From Ascoidea asiatica JCM 7603 (taxonomy: Eukaryota; Fungi; Ascomycota), in NCBI GenBank assembly GCA_001600695.1, contig BCKQ01000003.1, positions 53,572 through 117,571 on the forward strand: a stretch of 64,000 nucleotides of DNA, written 5' to 3'. Made by a program: the position numbers and the translations under genes. How positions within the stretch are numbered: the stretch's first letter is position 1; each line of letters opens with the position of its first letter. Positions 49,101-60,227 of the stretch are shown here, one piece after another. Below the pieces are notes generated by a model. It was not told the DNA's origin and did not search any database. It saw only the letters and a list, made by a program, of their open reading frames with translations.

Positions 49101-50188
49101 TTAGCTTTTGTATTGATGAAAGAATTTTTGGGACTAGTAAAACTTCTTTTCCTTTTAACAGAAAAAAACAGAAATGTTCGTCTTGCTTTTTTCTTGTTGC
49201 TACTTTTAGTACTTCTATTAGATTTTATTGACTCTGATCTAATTAAATTCGGAGAAGAGTTTCTGGTTGTACTTAGCCTTCTATCAAAGACAGCTTGTGT
49301 TGAAACTAAAGATTGGTTTGGGTTAGGACCAGGTTTTAAATTTGAATTCATATTTGAATTTGTATTTGAGATTGAATTAGTAAAATTAATTTTCAAGCAA
49401 TTGCTTGAATCTTCAGCAGATCTATCTTTTGATAAGTCAGGATCAAAATTCTGGCTTTGTTTCCTATAAGCCGAATTTGCTCTAACAAGTTTTGAGTCCG
49501 ACGAATATACTGAGCCTTTTCTTGATAAAGTTAATGGATTGCTGATATCATAATCCTTAATAAGTTTTGATTTGTTTTTCATCTTAGTTTTTTCTTTATC
49601 TTTTGTTCTCGTTTGAGTTAATCTTGTAAAAAAATTTTTTCTTTGAGCTTTTATTGGGGCATTTGTTATAAATAAAGGTGATAATGAATTTCTATTTGTA
49701 TTCTTATATGAAAGTGAAGAATTTCTATTACTTGAAAATTCATGATTATGACTAAAATTCAAAGAACTTTTAGGTCTAACCGACGCTGAAAATAAAGAAT
49801 TTGAATTAACACTAACCTCCCCATCTTTAAGAGACTTTTTAAGTTTTGAAGATAAATTATTATGATCATCTATATCTTGATTATAAGAATGATGATGAAT
49901 TATATTCTGAAGAGGTTTATTTTTAAGATTATTTTGATTATGTTGATCATTGTTTTCTGATAATTCTTTGATAAAATGAGCATTATCCATAATTGATGAT
50001 TCTGGATCAGGATATAAACTTGGAATTTCACTTTTCTTAGCTGGAGAATCATCTGGAACTATTGGTGAGCTGTTGGAAGATGTTCTAACATCTTCTTTTA
50101 AGGTTTGTCTGACTACTGCTGACATTAAATTGAAGGCATCATCAGTTTTATTTTCTTTAGGTATATCTAATTTGGATGAGTCTCTCAT
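46181..50188 (-). CDS. Large Ser/Asn/Lys-rich, mostly disordered protein (1335 aa); possibly Nis1-like bud-neck protein
   Basis: A 4-kb ORF in AT-rich DNA is almost certainly genuine. The only conserved-looking motif is AWNEYLKKVIAARVSFNI. Confidence 0.7.
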   Translation of the reverse strand: MRDSSKLDIPKENKTDDAFNLMSAVVRQTLKEDVRTSSNSSPIVPDDSPAKKSEIPSLYPDPESSIMDNAHFIKELSENNDQHNQNNLKNKPLQNIIHHHSYNQDIDDHNNLSSKLKKSLKDGEVSVNSNSLFSASVRPKSSLNFSHNHEFSSNRNSSLSYKNTNRNSLSPLFITNAPIKAQRKNFFTRLTQTRTKDKEKTKMKNKSKLIKDYDISNPLTLSRKGSVYSSDSKLVRANSAYRKQSQNFDPDLSKDRSAEDSSNCLKINFTNSISNTNSNMNSNLKPGPNPNQSLVSTQAVFDRRLSTTRNSSPNLIRSESIKSNRSTKSSNKKKARRTFLFFSVKRKRSFTSPKNSFINTKAKYNKNSNISKNHKYYVKDYNKDKLNDTIAFAGKTSFLSNKPRTKYILFKKSDNKDPLIRPNYSNRQALNQKFDKIFGSNSSDTSSTNDLVLKTILPSHLLEFGYDLKQDNLSKYYKLASNKKVTKPSLLDSNKDIHSTSTDYFLEHKTKTHLIYQLLKISPDIKSQIKYTSIAKDNKLMLITPTGSQKETIGENSWSYLDFRSTASANTVKLRELDDKLQQLKDAGQTNNSILTGSSGKDRKIDNVIGDDKLLSNSENEKTSNEINYQVLENKSFLEAQHVKKGFDQSLVKEYKTPTNNSNQTSSEETKGITKNLSFAENKHERKGSVILNNEYLEDSHMKDISTVGINNNLNMTPRNTILLDSIDNNSEGSSLYSTSGILALQGLHLSSTRKLLSPFNMNHSNSEEKNNTKLISKDIDTVTEKALNSPDNKEVVETEHIILSSDKDFDDVNLSLREAKKSYIENDIDIVDQELDNKQSKESDNLIEKEKDNLKRKDEKIISDINLSEVDSRDSSSASQKNAIISTSPIEPTINVSYTEEQKMPIKGYIPRSMSSKTLEKPLIIGRNINDEQISYSKLNKEDYKAWNEYLKKVIAARVSFNIKNRLKITIENESDEDIEEKRHRHKRQKSHIQKGRLISKDKPLAKSSPLSSANGSGKELLPIYEDTVPNDSFNLYERKYKDKINISGKPVENFKGPLKMTKRRKHMLLEAENKNENKNSNEYGKFEIRTPEASMNSSSESFNMTTEEVDYDKIIEQSRNEMSGNEYSDLINEMTKESRSLNSILGKGSSSLLGKSSTKKSKSSLNLDLSRATSKISLITNLEPGSASLEKYLTAFENSSEFFEFKSIRSISTTELFQQGIGTSIDTDIDLDDEISIISINHTNSKSKSLKKSRSNSNSNSISNSNSNLVSKKKSLRENNSQLSLHTKGSIQSISVRKVQPLSPMKVYENQIAQSHNAFELVSSGSDKNGVVD

Positions 50189-51174
50189 TATTTATGTATA
50201 TAGTAATACAGTTTAAATTTATTTTTTCTTTGTGAAAAAGATAAAAAAAGTAGAATTAAAAATGGAAATCAATACTAAAAAATAAAAATGAAATTAAAAT
50301 TTAAGTGAAAATTATTGAAATTGAGTGCTCAAATGATTGAGTTTTGTTTATTGATGAATCAATTATAAAACAGTAAAACTCTGGATATTGCTTTATTAAT
50401 ATTAGTTCTAAATTCAGTCATAACCTTTTTAAAAACAAAAAAAATTAATAAAAGAATTAGAGTAAACTGATTTTTTATGCTGATTGAAATCTACCAAAAT
50501 GAACTAATTTACTAGGAGTACTGTATTTTAGGAACTTAAGTTATGTACAGTATATTTTAGTTTATCTAGGTATTCAGGCTAAAAGTGAAGCTGATTCAAA
50601 GTAATCAATTACTCGCAGAGACTTTTTATTATATAGTAGAATCAATGGATAGATCATAACACTCCAACACTTTCATTCTTCCAAACTTATTTTAATCACT
50701 TGCAGAACTATTTCAATTTTTTTTCAGTCAGTTGATAAAAATTGCAACTCGTCTAATTACCTGGTTAACAAACTCAAAACTACGAAAATATCAGGTGCCT
50801 CCCAAAACAGCAAAATGTAAATATTGAAATATTGGTTAACGTACTTTTTGCAGATTTTGGCATATAAAATCATTTGTATGCAGATACTGGAATAAAATAT
50901 CCGCGCATCCGGCTATACGGAAAATTTTTAACCACTATCATGGTTCCGAGGTCCTACTACTTATCCATTTCTATGGGTCTTCTATACCTGAAGTTTTTTT
51001 CTGATTTTTCACTCATCTTGAAATAAATTTCTCTAAATATCACTTCACTATGAATCAATAGAAAAAATTGAGTTTACAAACAAAAAATATCAGATAAGAC
51101 TGTACATTAACTGACAAAATAAAAAAAATACATGGACTCTATTATTGTTTTATTTGTTGGAAAAAAATAAAAAC

Positions 51175-53238
51175 ATGCAATCAGGGGAGTCCAATGCAGC
51201 TCCTGAACTTCTTTCAAAAGCTTCTTTTCTAGGTGAAAAAGAATGGGTAGGCTTGTTTGAGTTTGATGTTTCTTTCAAGACAAGTAGTTTTGAGACTGCA
51301 ATGTTAAATTTGATTAGACATCCAAATATAAATTCCACTGTAATTTTAAGAGCAGATATATTGAAAGAAATATATTATGAATATGAGTGGAATACTGATC
51401 GAAGTAAAAGATTGTTAGGAAAAGATTGCATTAATATTCGAGAGAATCAAAATGACTCTTTGTTTGCGAAACCAGATATCCCTTTGGATTTAAGTATTGA
51501 AAAGAAATATAAAAATCAACATAATAATCAAAATGAACAAATGGATGACAATAGACAATTAAATGAAAAAGGTAAAAGCTCGGAAGAAAACCCTATTAAA
51601 GAAAAATATGATGTAGTAGATCAAGATAGCTTACTTTTCACAAATCTTGAAGATACTAAATTAAGAGATGTTCCTTTAACACCCCCATTCAAACCATTAT
51701 ATAAATTTGTGAGAAGAATAATACCCAGAAATCCATTCAAAGATCCAATCATAAATCAAACTTGTTTAATATTAACTTTGGACATCAATGATGATGATGA
51801 TAATAATAATAATGAAAATGAAAATTCAGAGGAAAAAATGGAAAAAGTTAATAGTTTCAATCAATCTATGCTAGTTATATATCTTGCTCATATAAATATT
51901 GAATCTGAAAATCCATTTTATTTACCTCCAGTTGAAGCTATTGGAATTTTATACCATAAAAATAAATTATCTGTTCATTATTTGCCTTTTAATTATAAAA
52001 ATTTAAATTCACTAAATAAAATAAGGTCGTTATCACCAAAGGAGAGGCCAATTAGAATTGCATTTAGATTATTGCAAACAGCAAAAAAACATTCAAATGG
52101 AGTAATGAATGGATATCAAAAAAGAGTTAAACATGATTTAATTGTATCAAAAGTCTTATTTGAAAATAGATATATTGGGTTGAAAAAAAAATACTCTAAA
52201 TTTTTAGTGGATAATTGGGTTGAATCAACAAATCCATTAAAACATGTATTTGAAGATATAGCAATTGCAGCCTTTTTAATTGAATTTTGGAATAAAATCT
52301 ACTTAAAACATAATAAAGAAAATAAAAAATCATTTGAGTTTAGAGATTTAGGGTGTGGTAATGGAGTTTTAGTTTATATACTAAATATGGAAGGATATAA
52401 TGGTATTGGAATTGATGCAAGGTCCCGAAAGTCGTGGAAAATATATCCAGAAAATATTCAAACGAAATTAAAAGAACAAGTTATAATACCAAATGTTTTA
52501 GTTAGACCACATCCAAATATTCGAAATTCAAGACCAGATATAAAAGATAATGGTAGGTTATTTCAAGTACCAATTCGAGCAGAAGATGTCATGTTACCAA
52601 TGATTAGTAGTAGTAGTAGTAGTAATAATAATAATAATAATAATGATAATAATAATAATAACAGAAATAATTGTGGGGTGGGATTGCCAGTTCCAATTTT
52701 TGCATGTTATACTTCAAGTTCATTGATTGAATCACCATATGTTAATATAGCAGAATTTCCAACGAATACATTTATTATTGGAAATCATTCGGATGAATTG
52801 AGTTGTTGGATACCATTATTAGGATATCCATTCATGGTAATACCTTGTTGTTCACATAATTTAGGAGGTGGACGAACTAGATTTGCAGGTAAAAGAAAGG
52901 GAGATAAAAAAGGTAATAATAGTAATAGTAATAATTATCATTCAAGCAATGATTATAATCAATTTACAAATTCTTCAAGCTCAACATATTCTGCGTTAGT
53001 TGAGCATATTGAGAATTTATCAAAATTAAGTGGATGGAAAATAGAAAAAGAAATTCTAAGGATTCCAAGTACCAAAAATTGTGCAATTTTGGGATATGAA
53101 AAATTTAACGATGAAGAAATTAAAAAATATAATATAAATGTTAAAAGTATATATGAAATTATGATGATGGAAGGAGGAGCAGAAGATTGGGTGCTAAATT
53201 CATTGAACTTAATGAAATCTGCTCCAAGACGTCATTAG
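51175..53238 (+). CDS. TRM44: tRNA (uracil-2'-O)-methyltransferase
   Basis: HPNINSTVILRADIL, RRIIPRNPFKD, KHVFEDIAIAAFLIE.W, FRDLGCGNGVL, GNHSDEL..WIP and IPCCSH. The first ATG is at 51175 (the ORF track starts at a TTG). Confidence 0.93.
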   Translation: MQSGESNAAPELLSKASFLGEKEWVGLFEFDVSFKTSSFETAMLNLIRHPNINSTVILRADILKEIYYEYEWNTDRSKRLLGKDCINIRENQNDSLFAKPDIPLDLSIEKKYKNQHNNQNEQMDDNRQLNEKGKSSEENPIKEKYDVVDQDSLLFTNLEDTKLRDVPLTPPFKPLYKFVRRIIPRNPFKDPIINQTCLILTLDINDDDDNNNNENENSEEKMEKVNSFNQSMLVIYLAHINIESENPFYLPPVEAIGILYHKNKLSVHYLPFNYKNLNSLNKIRSLSPKERPIRIAFRLLQTAKKHSNGVMNGYQKRVKHDLIVSKVLFENRYIGLKKKYSKFLVDNWVESTNPLKHVFEDIAIAAFLIEFWNKIYLKHNKENKKSFEFRDLGCGNGVLVYILNMEGYNGIGIDARSRKSWKIYPENIQTKLKEQVIIPNVLVRPHPNIRNSRPDIKDNGRLFQVPIRAEDVMLPMISSSSSSNNNNNNNDNNNNNRNNCGVGLPVPIFACYTSSSLIESPYVNIAEFPTNTFIIGNHSDELSCWIPLLGYPFMVIPCCSHNLGGGRTRFAGKRKGDKKGNNSNSNNYHSSNDYNQFTNSSSSTYSALVEHIENLSKLSGWKIEKEILRIPSTKNCAILGYEKFNDEEIKKYNINVKSIYEIMMMEGGAEDWVLNSLNLMKSAPRRH

Positions 53239-53366
53239 AATTCATGAGTATATTTCATAATTTTAGAACACGGTTTACAGTAAGAAATATATAACAACAT
53301 TAGTATAAAGTATCACTATAAAAGTATGTTAGTTTTATCACCTTCTCTCATTATTGGTATGCTAAT

Positions 53367-53402
53367 AACTAGCCAGTAATGTTATAACATTACTGGCTAG
53401 TT
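53367..53402. repeat. Perfect 36-bp palindrome with no spacer
   Basis: AACTAGCCAGTAATGTTA|TAACATTACTGGCTAGTT. Confidence 0.97.
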
Positions 53403-53799
53403 CTAATGATGGAAGTGCATACAGCGCAAAACCAAATAAGATTCAACATTGTGCAGGCGTAGGCATATATCCCACCGTAACTTTATAATAAACCCGGCGC
53501 ATAATCGTATATCGATAGAAAAACATGTAAGACGTACCATAATATGGTAATATGGTTAGGTCCCTGCGGTGAATGAATCAATCTCAATCACCACAAGTAA
53601 TCAATATTGAATTAATGGAAATCTTCAAATAATACAGTATAACATTAGGATAATAAAATTTATAGAATAACTTGACTATTTTGCCAAATATTCTATTTAT
53701 TTTTATAATTGATTATTTGATTCTCCTGGATTTTCCAATTAATAGCTATAGCTTATTACTGTGAATGAGATATCTTATGAACCCATTTTGAAAAGAAAA

Positions 53800-55200
53800 A
53801 AAGTAGAACGGTAATAGCTTCCTGAAAAGAATGGAAATTTTCAACATTCCAGAATTACAACATTTGTTGCAAAAGAAAATTAAACAAAAACCCACCAGCC
53901 ATAAAGTTTTAAAATAGTTAATATGAAAAAATAATGTCCTGGGAATCTGAAAAAGAAGAATTTTATTCTTGATCTTGGAGAGAAAGATTCTAATGTTAAT
54001 ATGTTTCCTAGGTTTCTCAGCAAGGTAAAGAATGCTATAACACTATAAAAAATGCAAAATATTATTTCAGAACAATCAGAAAATACAGAACTGTACTCTA
54101 TAACGTTAACCTAACTAAACATGTATGCTATCATAGTTATAATTTGTTAGAAGATTGAGTCGGCGCAATGTTGAGGCCAGGCAACAGCGCAACACGGTGG
54201 ACTTTTCGCTTTTCCCTTTTTTATTAATGTACTTGCTAAGTTAGTAGTTACTAGGGATACAAGTATAATAAAAGCATTTTCCTACAGCAGTAAAAGTCTT
54301 AGTGCAGATAATTTTAACGGTTGTCCAAGGTGCGGCAAGCAACTGTGCATTTGAACCACTTAACCGGCGTGCGCAGCTGAGCTAAGCTGCGCTTACAACA
54401 CCGACACTGTGCAAAAAATTCTCCAGCCCCAACCAATATATAAACGTAATGTTCCAGGCTGTTTGGTCACACGCAGTTCATCTCAAACCTTCAGATCTAT
54501 CGTTTGTGGACAACCCATTCTAAAATCAGTGAAGTGATACTCTACAGTACGCAACTCTAGTCTTCTTACTGCTAGCTAAAATATCTCTACTCATATATTC
54601 AAGCAAAGTAATTCTTTACCATTAAGGGAATGCTAACGATATAAGAACTGCAAAAAAAACTGGGAAGCTTGTGCTAAAGAAAAAATCAAAAAGCGTCAAC
54701 TTAAGAGTCACTTTTTGACTTTTCGACTACCATGATAAAGGTAGTGATTTTAATTATAGATGCTAGTAACAAAAAAGTGTAATGGAACACAGAGGCGGGC
54801 TGTGCGATTCTGCACACTTTGTGCCGCTCTTGTTTGAATATGAGAGTAAGGAAGTGTGCTTAGTAAGTCAGATGTTTTGAACGGTACTGACTTGTGCAAC
54901 GCTGGTTTGTGCGCAAAAGATAGTGCTGCACCACCGCGTCTACCGTTGGATGTGCAGACACACACGCTTACTTATGCAGCTCTACTGCACTAAATAACGT
55001 GCTTTTCTTGCTTGCCTTTTTTACTTCCAAGCGAATAGCGTCCGCTTTGGCGCTAGTACTATCCCCAGGTGCAATCAGCTGCCCAATACACTTTGTTAGT
55101 GTCACTATGTGAACAACAGTGCAGCGCACTTCCGACCCAGTTACACGCATGCTCTGATTCAAGCAGAAGTTGTGCTGCTGTGGACACCACCTTTTTTTTT
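53800..55200 (+). promoter_or_regulatory. Long, motif-rich upstream region of the APSES gene
   Basis: Five CATTCY/RGAATG sites (53828, 53845, 54029, 54516, 54627), many TGCA cores and CRCAAA/TTTGTG motifs in a GC-enriched block. Confidence 0.45.
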
Positions 55201-55730
55201 CTACTGTACTTACTACTGGTACAGTACTAGTATTATTTTATTCTTTAAACATTTTCTTTTCTTCTTCTTTCTTAACTTCATATTCTTTTTTGATTTCTTT
55301 CTTTCTTTTGCTTTTTTCATAAAGGTTTATTCAAAGCCAATTGTACTGAATTAATTTGATTTTTAATATTTAATTTTTTTCTACTTTTTTTGTTTTAGAT
55401 AAAAATATTTCCCTAATACTTTCTTTCAAATTTCAATATACTGTATCCTGAATTTCCTGTCTCTACTTCTTCTCCTTTCTCGATATTGAATATTTTTCTT
55501 TTAGTTTATCCTTTCATTTGTATTAACTTATTATACTGATATAAAATATTTAAATTCATTTTTCTTTTTTTTGACTCCAATTAAGAAAAAAGAACTCTCC
55601 ATTTTATTACTTAATTCTATTCTTATTAAAAATTATTCCTTGTCCTTTCTCGTTCTTTTCCTCAAAATATAGGTATAAGCAATAGTACCATAAAGAAGTA
55701 ACTTTTTTTCAAAGGCAGTAGCAAAATTTA

Positions 55731-58700
55731 ATGTCTCCTTTATCTTATAATATTTCTTATAATTCTAATTCAAATAATCTAATGAATAACTCAAATCAAA
55801 AACTTCCTTCAAATGATCAAATGATTTCAAACAATTATAATAACTCTCCAACTGGAAAAGAAAACATCTATTCTCTGCGATCAGTACCAATAAATTCTGT
55901 GAATTATGAAACTCAAAAAAATAATATAAACTCTTATTCAATCAATCATTCTGAAATGAATCACCCTTCTACTTATCAAAATTTTAATCAAAATATAAAT
56001 CAATCTTCGAATCAATCTTACAATTATTCTCCTAATTCTCTGGTTCAAAACCAAAATCAAATTCAGTCATATCCTCTTCCTTCTCAACCTCAACTGATTC
56101 AACAGCAATATCCTTCTCAGCCTCAATATAACAGAATTCAACAACTTCAATCTAAAGTTTCCACCAACACACTTGTTTCTTCTCAGATATCTCCCCAATC
56201 TCAACCTCAATCACAGCCTTTACCATCCCAATCTTACTATCAAAATCCTTCCAATTTATCTCAGTATTCTACTTATAATCAATACCCTTATCAAACTCAA
56301 AATCCGAATCCAAATCAGTTTCAAAATGAGAATCAATTTCAAAATCCACCTCATCCTCCATCTCAATTTCAACAACCTTTTCAACAATTACCACCACTTC
56401 AACCATTACAATCTTTAGAATCTTTACAACCACCTCAATCTCAAATACGATCTAATCCTAATATTCTAAAGCAATATCCTTTATCTTATAATTCTCAAGA
56501 AAACCCTCAGTTCAATTCAGGATTTTCTCAGTCTATCCCAATTAATGAACCTCCAAATTTGAATTATCCAAAAAAAACCTTAGCTAATGCTCCTTCAATC
56601 ATCCAGCAAAATAACTCAAATAATCCAATTAACCCAATCAATTCAAACAATTCAAACAATTCTCCTAAAAGTTGTCTGTCAACTTCAAATACTCCAAAAA
56701 TTCAAGCCACTAAATTTCAACCGAAAAATACTTCCTTATCTGAATCGAATCATTCAAAATTAGATGAGCAAATCCAATATAATTCGAATAGCAATTCCAA
56801 TAACAATTTAAATAATTATTCAAATAATAATTCTAATTCACAGTTTAATAATACAAGAGACTCTTTAAAAAATAATCATAATAATTGTAATTCAGATGAT
56901 AATCCAAGCTCCAATTTAAATTCATCTCAAGCAGATATGACATGTAATTCCTATAATTCAACCGAAGTAACTCGAAGTAATATTAATAATAGGTCATATG
57001 TAACAAATAACTCAAATTCCTTAATTTCAAAGTCAGATTCTTCAATGGATCATCAGCAAGAATATAAATATAGAAATTCAAATAATTTAGATAATCCTTC
57101 CACATACTCGGATTCCACTTCAAATTTAGCAGTAAATCCAAAAACCAATTTTAATACAAACTCAAGTACAAATTCAAATTCCAAATCTACCTCTAATTCA
57201 AATAATCCACTTCTTCCATATGGTATGAGACCCAGAGTCGCAACAACAATGTGGGAAGATGAAAATACAATCTGTTATCAAGTTGATGCAAATGGTGTTT
57301 CTGTAGTTAGAAGAACTGATAATAATATGATTAATGGTACTAAATTGTTAAATGTTGCAAGAATGACAAGAGGTAGAAGGGATGGAATATTAAAAGCTGA
57401 AAAAATTAGACATGTTGTTAAAATTGGATCAATGCATTTGAAAGGTGTTTGGATACCTTTTGAAAGAGCTTTAGCTATTGCTCAAAGGGAAGGCATTGTG
57501 GATTTATTATATCCCTTATTTGTAAGAGATATTAAAAAAGTTTTGCATTATTCTCCATCAATTGCAAATAGAGCATATTATCCAGTAGCATATAAAAACT
57601 CTACAACATCTGTTGAAAATGGAGTTTCCAACACTGAAGATCAAATTACTATTAACCCCTCTTCACTTTCTTCAAACGCTGCTGCTCAATCAAATGAAAG
57701 ATTTACCAATCAATCTTCTATTACCACTACTACTACCAATACTCTCACTACTAATAATAATAGTAATAATAATAAAAATAATAATAATGGATATTCGAGT
57801 TATAATTCAGCAATAAGACAAGATGAAGAGGTCTCACCAAAATCCTTACCAAGATCTAGTTTACCAGAAATAAAGCCAATCATGAAAACAGATCCGTTAA
57901 ACAATGTAAATAATAGCACAAGTTATGAAAATGAAAAAATAAATAAATATCATTACCCGAGTGCCAATACAAGTCTCAATCCTCAGCCAGTTCTCCCAAT
58001 TCAAAAAATTCAACCTTTAATGTCTGCTCAATTAACTGGCCAAGTTCATGGCCAAATTCCTGTTTCAATTCCTATACAAGCACCATTAAAAGCACCATTA
58101 TCTGTTGCTCAACAAGTGCCTGTACAATCAAATCCCAAAGCTGAAGTTGGTGCGGAAATACAGTCTCAATATCAGTCTCAGCCTGTGTCTCAAATGCAAA
58201 ATTCTTATCAGGGTCAATATCCGAGTCAATATGGATATCAACAAGGTAAAATAGTACCACCTGTCCAACAACCACACCATTCACAACAATATTATCAATA
58301 TCCAAACTATAGTAATGCAGCTAATAATGCCCTTGCTTCACAACAATATCCATATTATGGGGGATATCCAGGAAATGGATATGGAAATAATGGTTATACA
58401 AATGGAAATTCTAATATTAACTCAACGGGTTATTCAAATGAATATTCCAATGGGTATTATCCCAACTCATATGCAAAACCGAATAATGATTATTACTCTT
58501 CAGCTAAAACCGAATTGCAGGATTCAACATTAGTTACTTCTGAAAATGTGAATAGTTCAGAAATTTCGAACCCGATTTCAAAACCAATCCCAAGTACAAC
58601 TCAAATTAAATCTCAAGTTGAAATAAAAGATTCAAGAACAAGAAGTCTTGAGAATTATCAATTAAATAGAGAAGAAAACAAAAATGGTGATATGAATAGT

Positions 58701-58739
58701 TATTCCAGTTATAATAGTAGTAATGTGCCAGCGAAATAG
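55731..58739 (+). CDS. EFG1: APSES transcription factor, Efg1/Sok2/Phd1 (StuA) family
   Basis: Near-invariant APSES domain [77 protein letters not shown] with Q/N-rich flanks. Confidence 0.88.
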   Translation: MSPLSYNISYNSNSNNLMNNSNQKLPSNDQMISNNYNNSPTGKENIYSLRSVPINSVNYETQKNNINSYSINHSEMNHPSTYQNFNQNINQSSNQSYNYSPNSLVQNQNQIQSYPLPSQPQLIQQQYPSQPQYNRIQQLQSKVSTNTLVSSQISPQSQPQSQPLPSQSYYQNPSNLSQYSTYNQYPYQTQNPNPNQFQNENQFQNPPHPPSQFQQPFQQLPPLQPLQSLESLQPPQSQIRSNPNILKQYPLSYNSQENPQFNSGFSQSIPINEPPNLNYPKKTLANAPSIIQQNNSNNPINPINSNNSNNSPKSCLSTSNTPKIQATKFQPKNTSLSESNHSKLDEQIQYNSNSNSNNNLNNYSNNNSNSQFNNTRDSLKNNHNNCNSDDNPSSNLNSSQADMTCNSYNSTEVTRSNINNRSYVTNNSNSLISKSDSSMDHQQEYKYRNSNNLDNPSTYSDSTSNLAVNPKTNFNTNSSTNSNSKSTSNSNNPLLPYGMRPRVATTMWEDENTICYQVDANGVSVVRRTDNNMINGTKLLNVARMTRGRRDGILKAEKIRHVVKIGSMHLKGVWIPFERALAIAQREGIVDLLYPLFVRDIKKVLHYSPSIANRAYYPVAYKNSTTSVENGVSNTEDQITINPSSLSSNAAAQSNERFTNQSSITTTTTNTLTTNNNSNNNKNNNNGYSSYNSAIRQDEEVSPKSLPRSSLPEIKPIMKTDPLNNVNNSTSYENEKINKYHYPSANTSLNPQPVLPIQKIQPLMSAQLTGQVHGQIPVSIPIQAPLKAPLSVAQQVPVQSNPKAEVGAEIQSQYQSQPVSQMQNSYQGQYPSQYGYQQGKIVPPVQQPHHSQQYYQYPNYSNAANNALASQQYPYYGGYPGNGYGNNGYTNGNSNINSTGYSNEYSNGYYPNSYAKPNNDYYSSAKTELQDSTLVTSENVNSSEISNPISKPIPSTTQIKSQVEIKDSRTRSLENYQLNREENKNGDMNSYSSYNSSNVPAK

Positions 58740-59320
58740 AGATTCAACTTAGAAGGTTCTTTTTTTTTTCTATAGCAAAGGTAAACTATAATATATCGTT
58801 ATAGTGATGGTATATTATTTGGTAAAATAGTATAATATAGAACTTTAATATAATATAACATAATATAATACAATACAATTTAATCAAATAACCTAATATA
58901 ATCAATATAATCAAATTGACTACAATAAATCTGTAGGTCAAATAACCCAAATAGGAGTAGCCAATCTAGGAAACGTTTTTCCAGGGCATTTTAAGCCCGC
59001 AAAATCCAACCTAGAAGCGCAGCAACAATGTTGTGGTTGCTTACATCAACGCTATTTTGACGTGCTTACGCGTGAGCATAAAAATGCATTTATTTTGCTT
59101 ACGCGCTTTTTGAAACGTCCGTATGCATCATATGCATGTTGGCTGCACAATACACCGTTGGAGAAATAAAAAATGTGTGCAGCAGGCAACACGCTTTTTA
59201 TAACGCAATTTTTACGCCTTCGGCAGAATTGGCTAAAAAGATTAACGTGATACCTCGGAACTCATATATTGTGGCTAGTGACAGTCGGGTAAGTGTTTTA
59301 AGACGCAGAATAATGAAAAG

Positions 59321-59383
59321 AAAATGACCAGTAACATTAATAATAATATCAAGTGAATAATTATTACTGTTACTGGTCATTTT
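59321..59383. repeat. Inverted repeat with 16-bp perfect arms plus a 7-bp inner extension
   Basis: AAAATGACCAGTAACA (59321-59336) / TGTTACTGGTCATTTT (59368-59383); inner TAATAAT/ATTATTA. Confidence 0.93.
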
Positions 59384-59627
59384 TGAAACGGAACTGAACA
59401 GCTGTGCTTACGTAATCAAATGGTTACATTAATGCTTAATTCAAGAAAGATAAACATAATAATAAGATCGATAATTTTCTATGATTAAATTTTTATTTAT
59501 ATAAAATTACGCATTATCAATAAATGGGGATACTAAGACTAATTAAATAATACAATTTAAAAGGATTATCAAATCATTAACAAAATAATATTTTTTTTGC
59601 CTTCTAGTTTTGTAACTTTTCTTAAAG

Positions 59628-60227
59628 ATGATTTTTCAAATAAAGATAAAAATAAGGATAAAACAAAGAAATTTTTCAAGTTTATGTTCCAAAATTGAAT
59701 ATCCTCAATTTGAAAACTCTAAATATGATTATGGATTTTATAATTTAGTAAGTAAAAAAAAAGAGATAGAAAAAAATAATTTTCAGAAAATCAAAAAAAG
59801 TTTTGTATTTGAAGGTAATACAAAAGGTATTTCCGAGACACCAGAAGCAAGAATGGATAAATTATTCGGAGGTAGAATTAGAGGAGATAGACCAAGATCT
59901 AGAATGAAAGTGAATAAAAAACCAGTTAATGTTGCAGGCATTATAATACCACCAAAACCAATACAACCAGATAATTGTTGTATGAGTGGATGTGTAAATT
60001 GTGTTTGGGAAATTTATAACGATGAATTAAAAGAGTGGAAAGAACAAAGAAACTTGGCCAGGATAGAATTGAATAAAAGAGGAGAAGATCCAATAAAAGT
60101 TAATTTATTAACAAAAGAGATTGAAAAAGATGGATGGGAAGATGTACCAATTGGAATGAAAGCATTTGCAGAAATGGAAAAAAAATTGAAAGCAAAAAGG
60201 GAAAGGAAAAGAATAGGATATGAATAA
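59628..60227 (+). CDS. Mitochondrial oxidoreductase-like-domain protein (YPL107W/OXLD1-like)
   Basis: Basic presequence-like N-terminus, PPKP..PDNCCMSGCVNCVWEIY and W.DVPIGMKAFAEMEKKLK. Confidence 0.85.
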   Translation: MIFQIKIKIRIKQRNFSSLCSKIEYPQFENSKYDYGFYNLVSKKKEIEKNNFQKIKKSFVFEGNTKGISETPEARMDKLFGGRIRGDRPRSRMKVNKKPVNVAGIIIPPKPIQPDNCCMSGCVNCVWEIYNDELKEWKEQRNLARIELNKRGEDPIKVNLLTKEIEKDGWEDVPIGMKAFAEMEKKLKAKRERKRIGYE

